The notes: generated by a model from the letters alone, not told the origin. A stretch of 64,000 bases of DNA from an uncultured Thermoleophilia bacterium (GCA_963790185.1 CAWBNR010000007.1:105698-169697); one strand, 5' to 3'. Positions 10,547 through 21,291 are shown, counted from the stretch's first letter. Numbers and translations: made by a program.

Positions 10547-10601
10547 GTCCGGATTCTACCGCAGCCGCGCCCTGGTGGCGCGGCTGCGGTAGAATCCGGA
10601 C
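10547..10601. repeat. Perfect 25-bp inverted repeat carrying TAGAAT on both strands between divergent genes
   Basis: GTCCGGATTCTACCGCAGCCGCGCC-ctggt-GGCGCGGCTGCGGTAGAATCCGGAC. Confidence 0.9.
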
Positions 10602-10626
10602 CGTCGCGTGACGCGGGAGGAGGAGC

Positions 10627-11169
10627 ATGAGGACCACAGTCGGCAGGACCGCTCTCGAGATCGTCTCGGGCGACATCACCGGACTCGCCGTCGACGCCGT
10701 CGCCAGCGCCGCCGCCACCGACCTCCGGATGGCGACCGGCGTCGCCGGTGCCCTCAAGCGCGCGGGCGGCGAGACCGTGGAGAGGGAGGCGGTGGCACAG
10801 GGGCCGATCGCGATCGGCGACGCCGTCGCCACGGCCGGCCACGACCTCAAGGCGCCGTGGGTCATCCACGCCGCCGTCATGGGACCCGATCTGCAGACCG
10901 ACGCGCACGCGATCGCGCGGGCCACCGCCAGTGCGCTGGCGATGGCCGACAAGGTCGGCGCCCGCTCCCTGGCGCTGCCCGCCTTCGGCACCGGGGTCGG
11001 GGGCTTTCCCCTCTACCAGGGCGCCAGCATCATGGTGGCCGAGACGGTGCGTTGCCTGATGGCCACGCCGAAGACGAGTCTGCGTCACGTGATCTTCTCG
11101 GTCCACAGTGAGGCGGCCAGGGCGGCCTTCACCAACGCCATGGCAGGCCGCGGCCGTTTCGACCGCTAG
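10627..11169 (+). CDS. Macro domain (ADP-ribose-binding/processing) protein
   Basis: GDIT...VDAV..AA...L.M..GVAGAL.RAGG, VIHAAVMG, SLALPAFGTGVGG; SD GGAGG. Confidence 0.9.
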   Translation: MRTTVGRTALEIVSGDITGLAVDAVASAAATDLRMATGVAGALKRAGGETVEREAVAQGPIAIGDAVATAGHDLKAPWVIHAAVMGPDLQTDAHAIARATASALAMADKVGARSLALPAFGTGVGGFPLYQGASIMVAETVRCLMATPKTSLRHVIFSVHSEAARAAFTNAMAGRGRFDR

Positions 11170-11213
11170 GCCGTTCTCCCCGAGCAGTCGCGATCGCCCC
11201 CGGGGAGGATGCG

Positions 11214-12389
11214 CTAGGTGTTCTTCGCGCCGGGCCGCGACGCGTGCTCGCCGCCGTGCCGCTCGTACACCCACTTGATCAGGAACGGCGAGGTCAGCGT
11301 CGTGATCAGCACCATCCCGATGATGGCCGCGTAGACCTTGGCGCCGAGCGCGCCCGAGGCCAGGGCGATGCCGGCCACCACGATGCCGACCTCGCCGCGC
11401 GGGATCATGCCGACGCCGACCTCGCGCGCCACCCGCAGGCCCTCGCGGCGCGCGCCCAGCAGCGCCCCGTAGTACTTCGTCACCATGGCCACGGCGGTGA
11501 ACGCGACCACCTCGAGCAGCACGGTGGGATCGGCGAAGGCGCGCAGGTCGAGGTAGCTGCCGATGAGGACGAAGAAGAACGGCATGAAGAACCAGGCCAG
11601 TGGTTCGACCTTCTCCTCGACCGCGGTGTGCTGCTTGAGTTCGGCGACGACGAGGCCGGCGAGAAAGGCGCCCACGATCGCCGCCAGGCCGATGTACTCG
11701 GCGAGCAGCGACAGTCCCAGCATGAAGACGACGGCGGCCTCGAAGACGACCGCAGCGGAGAGCCGCGATGCCAGGCCGGTGAGGCGGGAGATGAGGCGCG
11801 GGCCGAAGAGCCCGATGCCGACGACGTAGGCGATGGATTCGACGACGAGGAGGGTGAACTCGAGCCAGTTGCCGCTGCCCAGAGCGTACGCGGTGACGAT
11901 GCTGAGTACGAGCAGGCCGAGGACGTCGTCGAGCACGGCGGCGCCGAGGATGATGCTCACCGACTTGCGGCGCTCGTAGCCCAGGTCGCGCAGCACGCGC
12001 ACGGTGATGCCGACCGAGGTGGCGAGCAGCGCCGTGGCTACGAAGAGGGTCTCCGTCGTGTCGAAGCCAAACAACGGGCCCAGGATGAGGCCTCCGACGA
12101 ACGGCATGACGGCGCCGAGGACGGCCACGAGCGCGGACGACACCTTGCTGCGCGTGAGTTCCGCCATGTGGGTCTCGAGCCCCGCCATGAAGAGCAGCAG
12201 GATCACGCCGAGCTCGGCGAGCACGTCGAGGAACTCGGTGTGCCGCACGACGTTCAGCAGGAACGGCCCGAGCAGGGCGCCGACGAGGAGTTCGCCTATG
12301 ACGGCGGGCTGGCCGAGGCGCGCGAAGACGTGCCCCATGAGGCGGGCCGCCGCGAAAGCGATGAAGATCTGCAGGAGGATCTCGGTCAG
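11214..12389 (-). CDS. Cation:proton antiporter (CPA2, NapA/KefB-like)
   Basis: QPAVIGELLVG, LAELGVILLLF.AGLE, ATSVGIT, AAVLDDV, GMIPRGEVG. Confidence 0.9.
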   Translation of the reverse strand: MTEILLQIFIAFAAARLMGHVFARLGQPAVIGELLVGALLGPFLLNVVRHTEFLDVLAELGVILLLFMAGLETHMAELTRSKVSSALVAVLGAVMPFVGGLILGPLFGFDTTETLFVATALLATSVGITVRVLRDLGYERRKSVSIILGAAVLDDVLGLLVLSIVTAYALGSGNWLEFTLLVVESIAYVVGIGLFGPRLISRLTGLASRLSAAVVFEAAVVFMLGLSLLAEYIGLAAIVGAFLAGLVVAELKQHTAVEEKVEPLAWFFMPFFFVLIGSYLDLRAFADPTVLLEVVAFTAVAMVTKYYGALLGARREGLRVAREVGVGMIPRGEVGIVVAGIALASGALGAKVYAAIIGMVLITTLTSPFLIKWVYERHGGEHASRPGAKNT

Positions 12390-12528
12390 CGCGGTGTCCC
12401 TTCGCGGGCGTACGTGACGTGCAGTGTATATTCCATGGCATGGATGTGGCGGCAGGTGCAAGGGCGGACTGCGGACCCCAGAGAAGTCTGACTGGCCGGG
12501 TGTCGGCGCTCGGCGACCTCCTGTGACG

Positions 12529-13518
12529 ATGCCGGACGACGAGCGACTCATTTATCTGACGGGGCCTGAGATCGAGGGTCTCGGCGTCGGCGCCGCCGAG
12601 ATCGTCGACGCCCTCGACGCCGGTCTGCGCGAGAAGGGTCGCGGCGAGATCGTGATGCCGCCGAAGACGTCGCTGCACGGGCCCGAGCGCGCCTTCTGCC
12701 AGGCGCTGTCCGCCTGGCTGCCGCGCGCGGGCAGCCTCGGGGTCAAGTGGGTCACCATCTTTCCGGAGAACGCCGGCCGGGGACTGCCGGTCGTCGGCGG
12801 CCTCGTCGTCCTCAGCGACGCCGCGACCGGCCGGCCGCAGGCGATCCTCGACGCCGGCGTGATCACCGCCTGGCGAACGGGCGCGAGCGCGGCCCTCGCC
12901 GCGCGCTACCTCGCTCGTTCCGGCGTCGACTGCGTCGGCCTTCTCGGCTGCGGCGTGCAGGGCCGGGCGAGCATCGTGGCGCTCGCCGCGGAGATCCGTG
13001 GACTGCGCAGCGTCCGCTGTCACGACGTCGTTCCCGCCGCCGTCTCCACGTTCGCCGATGAGATGGCGGCGAAGCTGCCCGGCGTCGACGTGGTGGCCTG
13101 CGATCGGCCGGACGCCGTCACGATCGGCGCGGGCGTCGTCGTGACCGCCATCACGATGAGCGAGGACGTGGCGCCGCCGCTCGACGCCGGCCGTCTCGAG
13201 CCGGGCGCACTCGCGGTCGCGCTCGACTACGACGCCGCTTGGAGCTCGGCGGCCATGGTCGAGTGCGGCCGCTTCTTCTGCGACGACACGCCGCAGGTGC
13301 TGGCGACGAGGGCGGCGGGTCCCCGGCTGCAGGGCATCCCCGAGACGATCGCCGGCGATCTCGGTGAGCTCGCCGCCGGTCTGGTCGAAGGGCGGCGCGA
13401 CTCCGGCGAGCGTCTCTTCTGTATGAACCTCGGTCTCGCCGTCGAGGACGTCGTCACGGCTCGCCTGGTGCTCGACCGCGCCCGCGAGTCGGGCACGGGC
13501 ACGGCTCTCCCTTTCTGA
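12529..13518 (+). CDS. Ornithine cyclodeaminase/mu-crystallin family protein
   Basis: MPPK, GVKWV..FPEN, TAWRTGA, GCGVQG, N.GLAVED. Confidence 0.88.
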   Translation: MPDDERLIYLTGPEIEGLGVGAAEIVDALDAGLREKGRGEIVMPPKTSLHGPERAFCQALSAWLPRAGSLGVKWVTIFPENAGRGLPVVGGLVVLSDAATGRPQAILDAGVITAWRTGASAALAARYLARSGVDCVGLLGCGVQGRASIVALAAEIRGLRSVRCHDVVPAAVSTFADEMAAKLPGVDVVACDRPDAVTIGAGVVVTAITMSEDVAPPLDAGRLEPGALAVALDYDAAWSSAAMVECGRFFCDDTPQVLATRAAGPRLQGIPETIAGDLGELAAGLVEGRRDSGERLFCMNLGLAVEDVVTARLVLDRARESGTGTALPF

Positions 13519-13667
13519 GCGGCCGGTCGCGCGCTGCTCGCCGCCGCTGCGGTCGGCATCGCCGCCGCTGCGGTGGCATGCTGGTTCCGCGCGAACGCGG
13601 TCTGCGCGGCACGACGCTCGGACGCCGTCGTACGCTGACAGGCGGCACCAGGGCCTCCGCGCAGTGA

Positions 13668-14783
13668 TCAGGTGATGCGCCGGGCCCGCTCCTCCAGCGC
13701 GCGCAGCAGTCCGAAGCAGCCGGTCAGCATCATGTCGCCGTGCGGCGCCACGAGCTCGAAGGGCAGCGAGGACTCCTCGAGCAGGGCGCGCCGGGGGCCG
13801 GTGGCGACGAGAGGCAACGAGTCGGGGACCGGCTCGGCGAGGACGGCGCCGTGGCCGCCGTCCTCGCGCACGTCGTCGTTCTTCAGCCGCCCGGAGAGGA
13901 AGCGTCGCAGACGTCGTCGAGCCCCGGTCCGTCGAGCAGGCGCGTGTGGTGCTCGAAGACGCCGGCCAGACGACCGCCCCTCGCGACGGCGCAGACCGTG
14001 TGCCCGTTGCCGATGTTGACGAGCACGGCGTCGTCCCGGCCCGCCGGCAGGGCGCCGTACAGCGCCGCGAGACCGGTGTCGGCGACGAGGAGGCGGGCGG
14101 CGGAGCCGCCCGCCTCCTCGTCGCCCCGTGCTCTCGCGGCCGCCACGCGCCGCGCCGCCTCCAGCGCGGCCCGCATCCGGGTGAGCTCCGGAGGCAGGGC
14201 GTCCTCGTCGTAGAACAGGGCGCCCAGCGGCCGTCGCTCGGCGACCGCTCGCTCCCAGAAGGCGAAGCGGAAGACGCGGTTGGAGCCCCCCGGGCTGAAG
14301 CCGTGGTCCTGGACGGCGACGGCGACGGCGTCGAAGGACGGCTCGATCCCGAGCCGCGCGAGGGCTTCGAGAAGAGCGACGTCGTCGAGATCGCCGGAAC
14401 GGACCTCGACGGCGCCGTCGTGCGCCGGGGCCAGCGTCGCGGCCGCCTCTTCGTCGGCGACGATGCGGACTCCGAGCCGTCGCGCGCGCTCCGGGTCGTC
14501 GGCGAAGGTGAGCGCCGCCTCGGCGGTCGCGACGAAGGCGCATCCCGCCTCGAGGTGGCGCTTCATCGCCGCCGTCGAGGCGCCGCCGCCCATGACGGGC
14601 CCGCGGAAGACGATCGTCTTGCCCGCGGGCCGTGGCGGCGGCGATACGCCGGCCGACGATCTGCGTCTGCGAGGGAACGACGAGCTTGAACGCGTTCTCG
14701 AGCGGCTCGCCGGGCCGGGTCAGCAGGATGTCGGCGGTGCCGGCGCCGACATCGATGCAGAGGGCCCGGCGCTCGGCCGTCAC
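13668..14783 (-). CDS. DUF1786 family protein (frameshifted)
   Basis: IDVGAGT.DIL, EN.FKLVVPS.T, MGGG, AVAVQDHG, VNIGNGHT, FEHHT, DGGHGA, APHGDMMLTGCFGL. Confidence 0.78.
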   Translation of the reverse strand: MTAERRALCIDVGAGTADILLTRPGEPLENAFKLVVPSQTQIVGRRIAAATARGQDDRLPRARHGRRRLDGGDEAPPRGGMRLRRDRRGGAHLRRRPGARATARSPHRRRRRGGRDAGPGARRRRRGPFRRSRRRRSSRSPRAARDRAVLRRRRRRRPGPRLQPGGLQPRLPLRLLGASGRRATAAGRPVLRRGRPASGAHPDAGRAGGGAARGGRESTGRRGGGRLRRPPPRRRHRSRGAVRRPAGGPGRRRARQHRQRAHGLRRREGRSSGRRLRAPHAPARRTGARRRLRRFLSGRLKNDDVREDGGHGAVLAEPVPDSLPLVATGPRRALLEESSLPFELVAPHGDMMLTGCFGLLRALEERARRIT

Positions 14784-15527
14784 GCCGGGCGCTCCGGCGC
14801 CCGCCGCGCCGGCGCGCTGAAGCGGAGCTTCCACACGTTCTTCATCGCTTCGACGACGATGTCGTTCGACATCTTCGACCGGCCGACCTTGCGGTCGACG
14901 AAGACGATGGGCAGCTCGACGATGCGGAAGCCGAGTTGATGGGCGCGGTAGGTCAGCTCGATCTGGAAGCCGTAGCCCCTGGCGTCGACGGCGTCGAGGT
15001 CGATCGTCTCGAGCACCTCGCGGCGGAAGCACTTGTACCCGCCGGTGAGGTCGTGGTACGGCACGCCGAGGATCGTCTGCGCGTAGAGGCAGCCGCCCCG
15101 GCTGATGACCCTGCGCGGCAGCGCTCCAGTTCTCGACGCCACCGCCGCGCACGTACCTCGAGCCGAGCACGACGTCGGCGCCGCGGTCGATGAGCCGCAA
15201 GAAGTCGGGGATGTAGGTGGCGTCGTGGGAGAGGTCGGCGTCCATCTCGAAGATGTGTTCCGCGCCCATGGCCAACGCGTGTCTGAAGCCGTCGATGTAG
15301 GCGCGCCCGAGGCCCTCCTTGGCGGGCCTGTGTAAGACCGACACGTCGGGCAGGCGCTGCGCCAGCTCGTCGGCGAGGTCGCCGGTCCCGTCGGGTGAAC
15401 TGTCGTCGACGATCAGCGTGTGGAGCGGGATCCCCCGGCCGTCGGCGACCTCGCGGATGCGCGCGAGGGCGTCGCGCAGGTTGTCGCGTTCGTTGTAGGT
15501 GGGGAGGACGATGACGTTCGCGTTCAC
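14780..15527 (-). CDS. ppm1: Polyprenol monophosphomannose synthase (GT2), probably leaderless
   Basis: LPTYNERDN, VDDSSPDGTG, KEGLGRAY, MDADLSHD, GSRYV.GG, D.TGGYKCFRR, GY.FQIE; -10-like TATACT 6 nt upstream of GTG. Confidence 0.85.
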
Positions 15528-15744
15528 ACGCACAGTATATCCGTCCCGGCGAGCCGCGAGCCCCCCTGTCGAGCCACACAGGGAACACCCTCGAGTCCGG
15601 GTGAAGGGCGACCTGAGGAAGGGGTCGAGGGCGCCGCGGCTACGGGCCTGCGAACAGCCGGCGAGCAAGAGACACTCACCCTTGACTTGACAGTGAGACT
15701 TATTCTCCGATTTGCACGGCAGGCCCGCTTGCGTCGGGCCCCGA

Positions 15745-15792
15745 ATGCACTATATTGGTGTCCTAGCTGGCGTGGGGCACTACATATTGTGG
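15745..15792 (+). promoter_or_regulatory. Tandem NrdR boxes
   Basis: ATGCACTATATTGGTG and GCACTACATATTGTGG, ATATTG cores 32 bp apart, directly upstream of nrdR-nrdJ. Confidence 0.75.
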
Positions 15793-15823
15793 TCGCGGCG
15801 AATCTACTACGAAGCGAGGTCCG

Positions 15824-16381
15824 GTGCGCTGTCCCTACTGCGGAAGTGACGAGAGCCGTGTCGTCGACTCTCGTGACTCCGAGGCCGGCGACGCGGTGCG
15901 CCGCCGGCGCGAGTGCGCGGACTGCGACCGGCGCTACACGACCTACGAGCGTGTCGACGACGTGCCGCTCGTGGTGGTGAAACGCGACGGCCGTGAGGAG
16001 ATGTTCGCGCGCGCCAAGCTGCTCAACGGTCTGCTGCGCGCCTGCGAGAAGCGCGGCATCCCGCGCGAGCGGCTCGAGCGCGCGGTCGACGAGATCGAGG
16101 CGGGGCTCCGGCAGGCAGGGCGCGGTCGCGTGAGCACGAGAGAGGTGGGCGAGCGCGCGCTGCGGTTTCTGCGCGAGATCGACAAGGTCGCCTACGTGCG
16201 GTTCGCCTCCGTCTACCGGCAGTTCGAGGACCTCGAGGAGTTTCAGAAGGAGCTGGCCCGGCTGGAGGAGGCAGGGGTGGGGCCCCTGCCGGGAGAGGAG
16301 CCGTTGCCGGGGCTCGACGGCGAGCTCGAGGCGCTCGTGGCCGAGCGCCGCTCGACGACGACCACACGACCGATCGCTTGA
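15824..16381 (+). CDS. nrdR: Transcriptional repressor NrdR
   Basis: MRCPYC...SRVVDSR, RRRREC..C..RYTTYER, ATP cone, [15 protein letters not shown]. Confidence 0.97.
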   Translation: MRCPYCGSDESRVVDSRDSEAGDAVRRRRECADCDRRYTTYERVDDVPLVVVKRDGREEMFARAKLLNGLLRACEKRGIPRERLERAVDEIEAGLRQAGRGRVSTREVGERALRFLREIDKVAYVRFASVYRQFEDLEEFQKELARLEEAGVGPLPGEEPLPGLDGELEALVAERRSTTTTRPIA

Positions 16382-16412
16382 CGGGGACAATGGGACAAGG
16401 GGCAGGAGACAG

Positions 16413-18635
16413 ATGTCGAAAGCAGTGATCGAACTCACCCCGAACGCGCTGCGCGTGCTGCAGCGGCGGTATCTGAAGAAGGGGGAGAACGGGGAGATCC
16501 TCGAGACCCCCGAGGAGATGTTCCGCCGGGTGGCGCACGCGATCGCCCAGGCGGAGCGGCTGTACAACCCCGCGGCTCCGGTCGAGCAGTGGGAGGAGAC
16601 CTTCTACGAGCTCATGACCGGGCTCGACTTCCTGCCCAACAGCCCCACCCTCATGAACGCCGGGCGCGAGCTGGGCCAGCTCTCCGCCTGCTTCGTCCTC
16701 CCCGTCGGCGACTCCATGGATTCGATCTTCGAGGCGATCAAGAACACGGCGCTCATCCACAAGAGCGGCGGCGGCACCGGCTTCAGCTTCTCGCGCGTGC
16801 GCCCCAAGAACGACGTCGTGCTCTCCACCAAGGGCGTCTCGTCCGGGCCGCTCTCGTTCATGAGCGTCTTCGACGCGGCCACGGAGACCATCAAGCAGGG
16901 CGGTACGCGGCGCGGCGCCAACATGGGCATCATGCGGGTGGACCATCCCGACATCCTCGAGTTCATCACCGCCAAGCAGGACGACAGCCGCCTCAACAAC
17001 TTCAACATCTCGGTGGCGGTCACCGACGCCTTCATGCGCGCCGTCGAGCACGACGAGGACTACGCGCTCGTCAACCCCCGGTCCGGCGACCTCGGCCAGA
17101 AGCTGAACGCGCGCAAGGTCTTCAAGACGATGGTGACGTTGGCGTGGAAGAACGGCGACCCCGGCATCGTCTTCATCGACCGCATCAACGCCGACAACCC
17201 GACACCGCACCTGGGCGACATCGAGAGCACGAACCCCTGCGGGGAGCAGCCGCTGCTGCCCTACGAGTCGTGCAACCTCGGTTCGATCAATCTCGCCACG
17301 GTGGCCGACGAGGGGCACGTCGACTACGGCCGTCTCGGGCGCATCGTCAAGACGGCCGTCCGCTTCCTCGACGACGTCATCGACGTCAACCGTTACCCGC
17401 TGCCCGAGATCGAGGAGATGACCAAGGGCAACCGCAAGATCGGCCTCGGCGTCATGGGTTTCGCCGACCTGCTCCTCAGGCTCGGCGTGCCGTACGACTC
17501 CGAAGAGGCCTGCACGATCGCCGGCGAGCTCATGGCCTTCGTCCACCAGGAGGCGCGCGCGGCCAGCGAGGAGCTCGCCGCCGAGCGCGGCGTCTTCCCG
17601 AACTTCGAGGGGTCGGTCTACGACCATCCCGACATGCCGCGCGTGCGCAACGCGACCACGACGACCATCGCGCCGACCGGCACGATCAGCATCATCGCCG
17701 GCTGCTCCAGCGGCATCGAGCCGCTGTTCGCGCTCTCGTACGTGCGCGCCAACGTCCTTGACGACGAGCGCATGGTCGAGGTCGATCCGTACTTCGAGAA
17801 GGTGGCGCGGGAGCGCGGCTTCCACAGCCCCGAGCTCATGAAGCGCATCGCCGACGAAGGTACGGCGCGGGGGCTCGACAGCGTGCCGGTCGATGTACGG
17901 ACGACCTTCGCGACCGCTCACGACATCACGCCGGAGTGGCACATCAAGTTGCAGGCGGCCTTCCAGGGGCACACCGACAACGCCGTCTCCAAGACCGTCA
18001 ACTTCGCCAATTCGGCGACGAGCGACGACGTGGAGAAGGTCTACCTCCTGGCCTACACGTCCGGCTGCAAGGGCGTCACGATCTACCGTGACGGCAGCCG
18101 CGAGGAGCAGGTGCTGAACGTCGGGCAGAGCATGAAGAAGAAGGACCCCGGCCACGGGATCGCGACGACGCGACCTTCGCGCCCGAGACTCCTCACCGGA
18201 CAGACCGAGCGCATGGAGACGGGCTGCGGTCACCTCTTCATCATCATGAACGACGACGAGTACGGGCCGCGCGAGGTCTTCGCCAACATGGGCAAAGCGG
18301 GGGGCTGCGCGTCGTCCAACACCGAGGCGCTGGGCCGGCTCATCTCGCTCGCGCTCAAGAAGGGAGCGGAGCCGGCCGAGGTCGTGGAGCACCTCAAGGG
18401 GATCCGCTGTCACGTTCCGTACGGGATCGGGCCCAACGCCACGCTGAGCTGCGCCGACGCCATCGGCAAGGCGCTCGAGCGGCGGTACGTGACCGGAGCC
18501 GCTCAAGGCACGCCCGAGCCGCAACTGTCCCTGGTCGAGGTCGCGCAGGGCGCCTGCCCCGACTGCGGTGGCGTCATCGAGCACGAGGGCGGGTGCGTCG
18601 TGTGCCGGCTGTGCGGCTACTCCAAGTGTGGCTGA
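16413..18635 (+). CDS. nrdJ: Class II (B12-dependent) ribonucleotide reductase with TSCPD domain and C-terminal Zn ribbon
   Basis: [64 protein letters not shown]...EGGCVVC..CGYSKC. Confidence 0.96.
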   Translation: MSKAVIELTPNALRVLQRRYLKKGENGEILETPEEMFRRVAHAIAQAERLYNPAAPVEQWEETFYELMTGLDFLPNSPTLMNAGRELGQLSACFVLPVGDSMDSIFEAIKNTALIHKSGGGTGFSFSRVRPKNDVVLSTKGVSSGPLSFMSVFDAATETIKQGGTRRGANMGIMRVDHPDILEFITAKQDDSRLNNFNISVAVTDAFMRAVEHDEDYALVNPRSGDLGQKLNARKVFKTMVTLAWKNGDPGIVFIDRINADNPTPHLGDIESTNPCGEQPLLPYESCNLGSINLATVADEGHVDYGRLGRIVKTAVRFLDDVIDVNRYPLPEIEEMTKGNRKIGLGVMGFADLLLRLGVPYDSEEACTIAGELMAFVHQEARAASEELAAERGVFPNFEGSVYDHPDMPRVRNATTTTIAPTGTISIIAGCSSGIEPLFALSYVRANVLDDERMVEVDPYFEKVARERGFHSPELMKRIADEGTARGLDSVPVDVRTTFATAHDITPEWHIKLQAAFQGHTDNAVSKTVNFANSATSDDVEKVYLLAYTSGCKGVTIYRDGSREEQVLNVGQSMKKKDPGHGIATTRPSRPRLLTGQTERMETGCGHLFIIMNDDEYGPREVFANMGKAGGCASSNTEALGRLISLALKKGAEPAEVVEHLKGIRCHVPYGIGPNATLSCADAIGKALERRYVTGAAQGTPEPQLSLVEVAQGACPDCGGVIEHEGGCVVCRLCGYSKCG

Positions 18636-18726
18636 CCGCCGGGCAGCACTACGTGCGCCCGGCAACGCAGTCACTCATTCCCCGCTGCGCCGGGAGTGGA
18701 GGCTGACCGCCGGGCAGCACTACGTG
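18630..18726. repeat. Two copies of a 26-bp direct repeat, 45 bp apart
   Basis: GGCTGACCGCCGGGCAGCACTACGTG at 18630-18655 and 18701-18726. Confidence 0.85.
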
Positions 18727-18835
18727 TGACCGAGGTCGCTCCCCGACAGTTGACGCGCCTCCGGCCGCGCCGGGTACAGTAGGAGGCGCAAGCCGGCCGG
18801 CGGAGGGCCGCCGGTCGACGACAGAGGAGGAGCGC

Positions 18836-19219
18836 ATGTCTGAGGCCCCTACGCCAGAGACCCCAGGCGAGAGCGGCGGCGTGCAGATCTCCGACGCGGT
18901 CGTCGCCAAGATCGCCTATCAGGCTCTTCTCCTGGTGGAGGGCGTGCATGCGCTGGGCGCCTCGAGCCTCGGAGTCTTCTCGGGCCTGCGCGGCGACCGG
19001 ACGGCGCACGGTGTCTCGGTCGACCTTCGCGAGGGTACCGCGGACATCGACGCGCACGTCGTGGTCGACTACGGCGCGAACATACCCGACGTCGGCGAGG
19101 CCTGCCGGGTCGCGGTCAAGGAGCAGGTCGAGGCCGCGACCGGCTTCACGGTGCGCGCCGTCAACGTCGTGGTCACCGACATCCACTTCCCGGAGCACGC
19201 AGCTGACGACTCCGAGTGA
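18836..19219 (+). CDS. Asp23/Gls24 family envelope stress protein
   Basis: VQISDAVVAKIA..A...VEGV, GVSV, VVDYGANIP.V...R..VKEQVE..TG..V..VNV.V.DI. Confidence 0.9.
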   Translation: MSEAPTPETPGESGGVQISDAVVAKIAYQALLLVEGVHALGASSLGVFSGLRGDRTAHGVSVDLREGTADIDAHVVVDYGANIPDVGEACRVAVKEQVEAATGFTVRAVNVVVTDIHFPEHAADDSE

Positions 19220-19239
19220 CACTCGTCGCGGGCGCCGGC

Positions 19240-19805
19240 CGGTCGACGACCCACTGGGTCGGGTCGCCGCCGTCGTGCTGCTGCTGGTCGCCGCGTTCGT
19301 CGCGCTGCTCTTCGCGGTCCGTCTTGCGGCCGAAGCCATCGGCTGCGGGTTCACGCTGGTCGGTGCCTTCTCCGATCCGCAGAGTCACGCCGGTCGCGCC
19401 GCGCTCGCGGCGCTCGGCGTGGCGGCGCTCGCGGGGCTCTTGGCGCTGCTCGTGCGTGACGACGAGCCGCGCCTCTGGCTCGCGGTGGCGGACCGTCCGG
19501 CCGGCGTGGGCGTGATGGGCGGCGTGCTGGCGCCGGCGGCCGCGCTCGAACGCGCCGCCCGAGACGCGGTCGCGGGCCACCCTGAGGTCCTGCGAGTCGC
19601 GGTCCGGGCGCACGGCGACGCGCGGCGACTGCGGGTCGAGCTTCGTGTGACCGCGCGGCCGCTCGTCGACGAGTCCCGGGTGCGTGGCGACATGGAGCGT
19701 CGTGCCGAGGCGGTGCTGCGTCCGCTGCTCGGCTGGCGAGAGCTCGAGGTGAGCGCGCGCGTCAGGGCGGTGCGCGTCCGGCGCATGGCGAGGTACCTGT
19801 CGTGA
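19240..19805 (+). CDS. Membrane protein of the Asp23 operon (AmaP-like; start uncertain)
   Basis: Two N-terminal TM helices plus soluble domain; coupled to neighbours. Confidence 0.55.
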
Positions 19806-20350
19806 GAGGCGGCCGCATCGCCGCCGCGGTCGCCGGTTTCGCGCTGCTGGCGCTCCTGGGCGCGGTCGTCGTCCGCGAGGTCGCGCTGACGGCCGACCCG
19901 GAGCTCGAGTGGGCGGTCCCGGCCTGGCGCGAGCTGACGACGTCCGCCGCGCCCTGGAGCGCCATCGCGGCGGTCGTCCTCGCCATACTCGCCGCCACCT
20001 TCCTCTTCTTCGCGGTCCGTCTTGTCACGCCGCCGGCCCGTGCGGTCGTCGAGTTCGGAGAGGACGGCGCGAGCACGAGGGTCGATGTCACCGCGCTGCA
20101 GCGGCTGCTGACGCGGCAGGTCGAACGGGCGGTACCGGGTCTCAAGGTCGCGCGTCTCTGGCTCGAGCGGGAGTCTGAAGGCTGGCGCGTCTGGGTGCTG
20201 GCCGATCTGCCGTGGATGGAGTTGGAGGAGGCGCGACGCAGGGCGGCCACGGCCGCCGCGGACGAGCTGCGGCGCGCCGGAGACCTGCGCTTGCAGCGCC
20301 TGGATCTCGAGGTCCGTCATGTGACCGTCTCATCGGGACGAAGAACCTGA
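19802..20350 (+). CDS. Membrane protein of the Asp23 operon (AmaP-like)
   Basis: Two TM helices plus soluble domain; GTGA overlap with previous gene. Confidence 0.55.
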   Translation: MRGGRIAAAVAGFALLALLGAVVVREVALTADPELEWAVPAWRELTTSAAPWSAIAAVVLAILAATFLFFAVRLVTPPARAVVEFGEDGASTRVDVTALQRLLTRQVERAVPGLKVARLWLERESEGWRVWVLADLPWMELEEARRRAATAAADELRRAGDLRLQRLDLEVRHVTVSSGRRT

Positions 20351-20369
20351 TGGACGGGCTCAGGCGCCG

Positions 20370-21227
20370 GTGACGGCGCCCCCCGCGGCCGGAGCCGAGG
20401 GTCCCTCTCCGCTGGAGCTCCCGCTGGACGTGCGTCCGCGGCTGCTCGCCTCCGACCTCGACGGCACGCTGCTGCCGCCAGACCTCCACATAGCGCCCGC
20501 GCTCGTCGCGGCGATCGACGAGCTCCGGCGGGCCGGCGTCATGTTCGTCGTATGCACCGGTCGCATGGTCAAGACCGCCACGGCTGTCGCGACGAGCCTC
20601 GGTGTCGTGGACGGCCTCGTCGTCTGCTACTCGGGCGGCGTGATCGTCGACCTCGCCTCCGGCGTCTGGCTCGTCCACCTGCCCCTGGAGACTCCGGTGG
20701 CGCTCGACGTCGTGCGGCATGCTCGGCGACTCGGATGCCACCTCAACGTCCATGTGGACGACGACCTCTTCGTCGAAGAAGCCGACCGCTGGGCGGAGTG
20801 GACTTCGTCCTACACGGGGATCGAGGTGCGCGTCGTCGACGACCTGCTGGCGCTGGTCGCCGAACGGCGGCCCACCAAGATCGTGCTGGCGGCCGAGCCG
20901 GAGGATGCCGCCCGTCTGTTGCCTGACCTGCGCGCGCGCTGGGCGGGTGTCCTCAACGTGAGCCGCTCCTTGCCGCACTTCATCGAGATCAACGACCGCC
21001 GTGCGAGCAAGAGTCGCGCCCTCCAGTGGCTGTGCGCCGGCCTGCACGGTGCGGGTCCGACCGTCGCCTGCGGCGACGGTCTCAACGACCTCGACATGCT
21101 GCAGTGGGCCGATCTCGGGGTGGCGGTGGTCGAAGGGGACGAAGAGGTGCGCGCGGCCGCCGACCTCGTCATGCCGCGCGCGGAGCTCCCCGACCTGTTC
21201 GTGCGGCTCAGCCGGCTGCCGGGCTGA
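20370..21227 (+). CDS. Cof-type HAD-IIB hydrolase
   Basis: ASDLDGTLL, CTGR, SKSRAL, GDGLNDLDML. Confidence 0.9.
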   Translation: MTAPPAAGAEGPSPLELPLDVRPRLLASDLDGTLLPPDLHIAPALVAAIDELRRAGVMFVVCTGRMVKTATAVATSLGVVDGLVVCYSGGVIVDLASGVWLVHLPLETPVALDVVRHARRLGCHLNVHVDDDLFVEEADRWAEWTSSYTGIEVRVVDDLLALVAERRPTKIVLAAEPEDAARLLPDLRARWAGVLNVSRSLPHFIEINDRRASKSRALQWLCAGLHGAGPTVACGDGLNDLDMLQWADLGVAVVEGDEEVRAAADLVMPRAELPDLFVRLSRLPG

Positions 21228-21291
21228 CGGCATCGGCGGAGAGCCACGGCGGCCCACGGCGCCGAACCTGGGCTGCGCGATGCCGTGTCGG

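Noticed and set aside
8119-13023. Very long antisense or alternative-frame ORFs (also 16023-18674, 44404-47994, 59009-61519)
   Set aside because: Arg/Ala/Pro-rich shadow frames caused by high GC; they overlap well-supported genes.
12529-13518. Possible Pyl biosynthesis (PylD-like) role for the cyclodeaminase
   Set aside because: Motifs are those of the OCD/mu-crystallin family, and no pylB or pylC is adjacent.
18630-18726. Mini CRISPR array
   Set aside because: Only two repeats, the first overlaps the nrdJ stop, and there are no cas genes or AT-rich leader.
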